Below are positions 63,103 through 64,000 of a stretch of DNA of 64,000 nucleotides, one piece after another. Every line of letters starts with the position of its first letter. Positions within the stretch are counted from its first letter, which is position 1. The notes under the pieces are model-generated. The model saw only the letters and a list, made by a program, of their open reading frames with translations. It was not told where the DNA came from and made no database searches. The translations under genes were made by a program, and so were the position numbers. Source of the stretch: Patescibacteria group bacterium (GTDB lineage Bacteria > Patescibacteriota > Microgenomatia > 2-02-FULL-39-11); contig JAMCUI010000010.1 in the NCBI GenBank assembly GCA_023379265.1, forward strand, positions 200 through 64,199. The letters run 5' to 3'.

Positions 63103-64000
63103 ATAATGGACAATGATGAGAAAAAGTACTGGTTAGGATTTTCCGCTTTCCCTGGAATAGGGCCTCTACGTTTTGCATTGCTTTTGAAATTCTTCAAAAC
63201 CGCCCAGAAAGCTTGGGAAGCCAAAAGGGAAAAACTTTTGGAAATTGGTTTGGGAGAAAAATTGACTGAGTCTTTTTGTGCATTTAGGATGTCATTTTCA
63301 CTGAAGGATTATATTGAATTATTGAATAAGAAAAGTATCCGGGTACTTACGTTAAAAGACAGTACTTATCCCAAGCTTTTGAAAGAGATTGCGGCGGCAC
63401 CTTTCGTCCTTTATATCAGGACAGATGGGGAAATTGCTTTTGATGATGAAAGAAATATCGCTGTTGTTGGTACGAGGAAGATTACAAGCTATGGCAGGGA
63501 AGTGACGGCAAGACTTACGCGTGATTTGGTTGCTTTTGGTTGCACTATTGTTTCCGGCATGGCGTATGGGGTAGATACTGTAGCGCATCATACGGCAATA
63601 GAGTCAGGCGGACGGACAATTGCCGTTTTGGGTTGCGGAGTTGATGTAATACATCCGCAAAGTAACACTCCGCTTTATTGGAATATAGTGAGAAAATACG
63701 GCATGGTGATTTCAGAGTTTCCGGCCGGACAATATGCCTCCAAAGGTCTTTTTCCCGCCAGAAACAGGATCATAAGCGGTTTATCCCGCGGAGTTCTAGT
63801 GACCGAGGGGGCTGAGGACAGTGGGGCGCTTATTACTGCCAGGTGTGCAGTCGAGCAGGGGCGGGAAGTTTTTGCTATACCCGGTCCCATCACATCATCT
63901 CTTTCTGCCGGTCCTGCAAAATTATTAAAGCAGGGCGCAAAGTTGGTGGCAAAAGTGGAAGATATTCTGGAAGAATTAAATATAAGGAATATGCAAATAA
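63103..64000 (+). CDS. dprA: DNA-processing protein DprA/Smf (runs off the window end)
   Basis: MDNDEKKYWLGFSAFPGIGPLRFALL (SAM-like N-terminus), then a Rossmann region (VVGTRKITSYGREVTARL...VSGMAYGVDTVAHHTAIESGGRTIAVLGCGVDVIHP). No stop codon within the window. Confidence 0.8.
   Translation, partial: MMDNDEKKYWLGFSAFPGIGPLRFALLLKFFKTAQKAWEAKREKLLEIGLGEKLTESFCAFRMSFSLKDYIELLNKKSIRVLTLKDSTYPKLLKEIAAAPFVLYIRTDGEIAFDDERNIAVVGTRKITSYGREVTARLTRDLVAFGCTIVSGMAYGVDTVAHHTAIESGGRTIAVLGCGVDVIHPQSNTPLYWNIVRKYGMVISEFPAGQYASKGLFPARNRIISGLSRGVLVTEGAEDSGALITARCAVEQGREVFAIPGPITSSLSAGPAKLLKQGAKLVAKVEDILEELNIRNMQI

Overview
This 64-kb window looks like a low-to-moderate GC bacterial chromosome segment. Compact gene spacing, many O-antigen-ligase/TPR membrane proteins and cohesin/dockerin-like surface proteins suggest a Patescibacteria/CPR-like or Gram-positive-like organism; that assignment is inference only.

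The window contains, in order:
- Bases 1-190: a tandem array of tRNA-fragment-like repeats at the left edge.
- 0.3-6 kb: a Crp/Fnr regulator, a HAD hydrolase, MltG and a secreted clan-A-like glycoside hydrolase.
- 5.8-6.1 kb: a minus-strand tRNA-Tyr(GTA) and tRNA-Thr(TGT) pair.
- 6.4-8.2 kb: a subtilisin (S8) protease with a Pro/Thr linker and a C-terminal dockerin-like module.
- About 8.3-26.1 kb: a roughly 18-kb AT-rich glycan-biosynthesis island. It encodes:
  - a phosphoglycosyltransferase fused to an O-antigen-ligase-like domain;
  - four GT4 glycosyltransferases;
  - an O-antigen-ligase-like membrane protein;
  - a Wzm/Wzt ABC exporter;
  - a decayed IS256-like transposase remnant;
  - a modification cassette: PP-loop amidotransferase-like enzyme, B12-binding radical SAM enzyme, group-II PLP decarboxylase, TylF-like methyltransferase and a GT75/RGP-like protein.
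- 26.2-32.2 kb: six co-directional surface-protein genes that together look like a cohesin-dockerin assembly system (dockerin-like, cohesin-like and adaptor architectures).
- 32.2-40.1 kb: three large unusual proteins. One is a full-length Rel/SpoT-like protein (HD, degenerate synthetase, TGS, ACT). One has only an RSH-type HD hydrolase domain plus a long novel C-terminus. The third is a divergently transcribed 915-aa orphan.
- 40-53.5 kb: housekeeping genes, including a Ca-type P-type ATPase, an M50 site-2 protease, rpmB, an RDD-signal peptidase I fusion, an MFS transporter, a MiaB-like methylthiotransferase, def-fmt and an O-antigen-ligase/TPR protein.
- 53.9-58.2 kb: mreB-mreC-mreD-mrdA.
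- 58.5-59.7 kb: small zinc-ribbon and hypothetical genes.
- 59.9-62.9 kb: two tandem secreted Pro/Thr-rich proteins sharing a conserved C-terminal tail.
- From 63.1 kb: the start of dprA.

A composite intergenic repeat family recurs upstream of mreB, mreC and in the divergent region before dprA. Start-proximal hairpins that sequester the Shine-Dalgarno sequence precede two genes.
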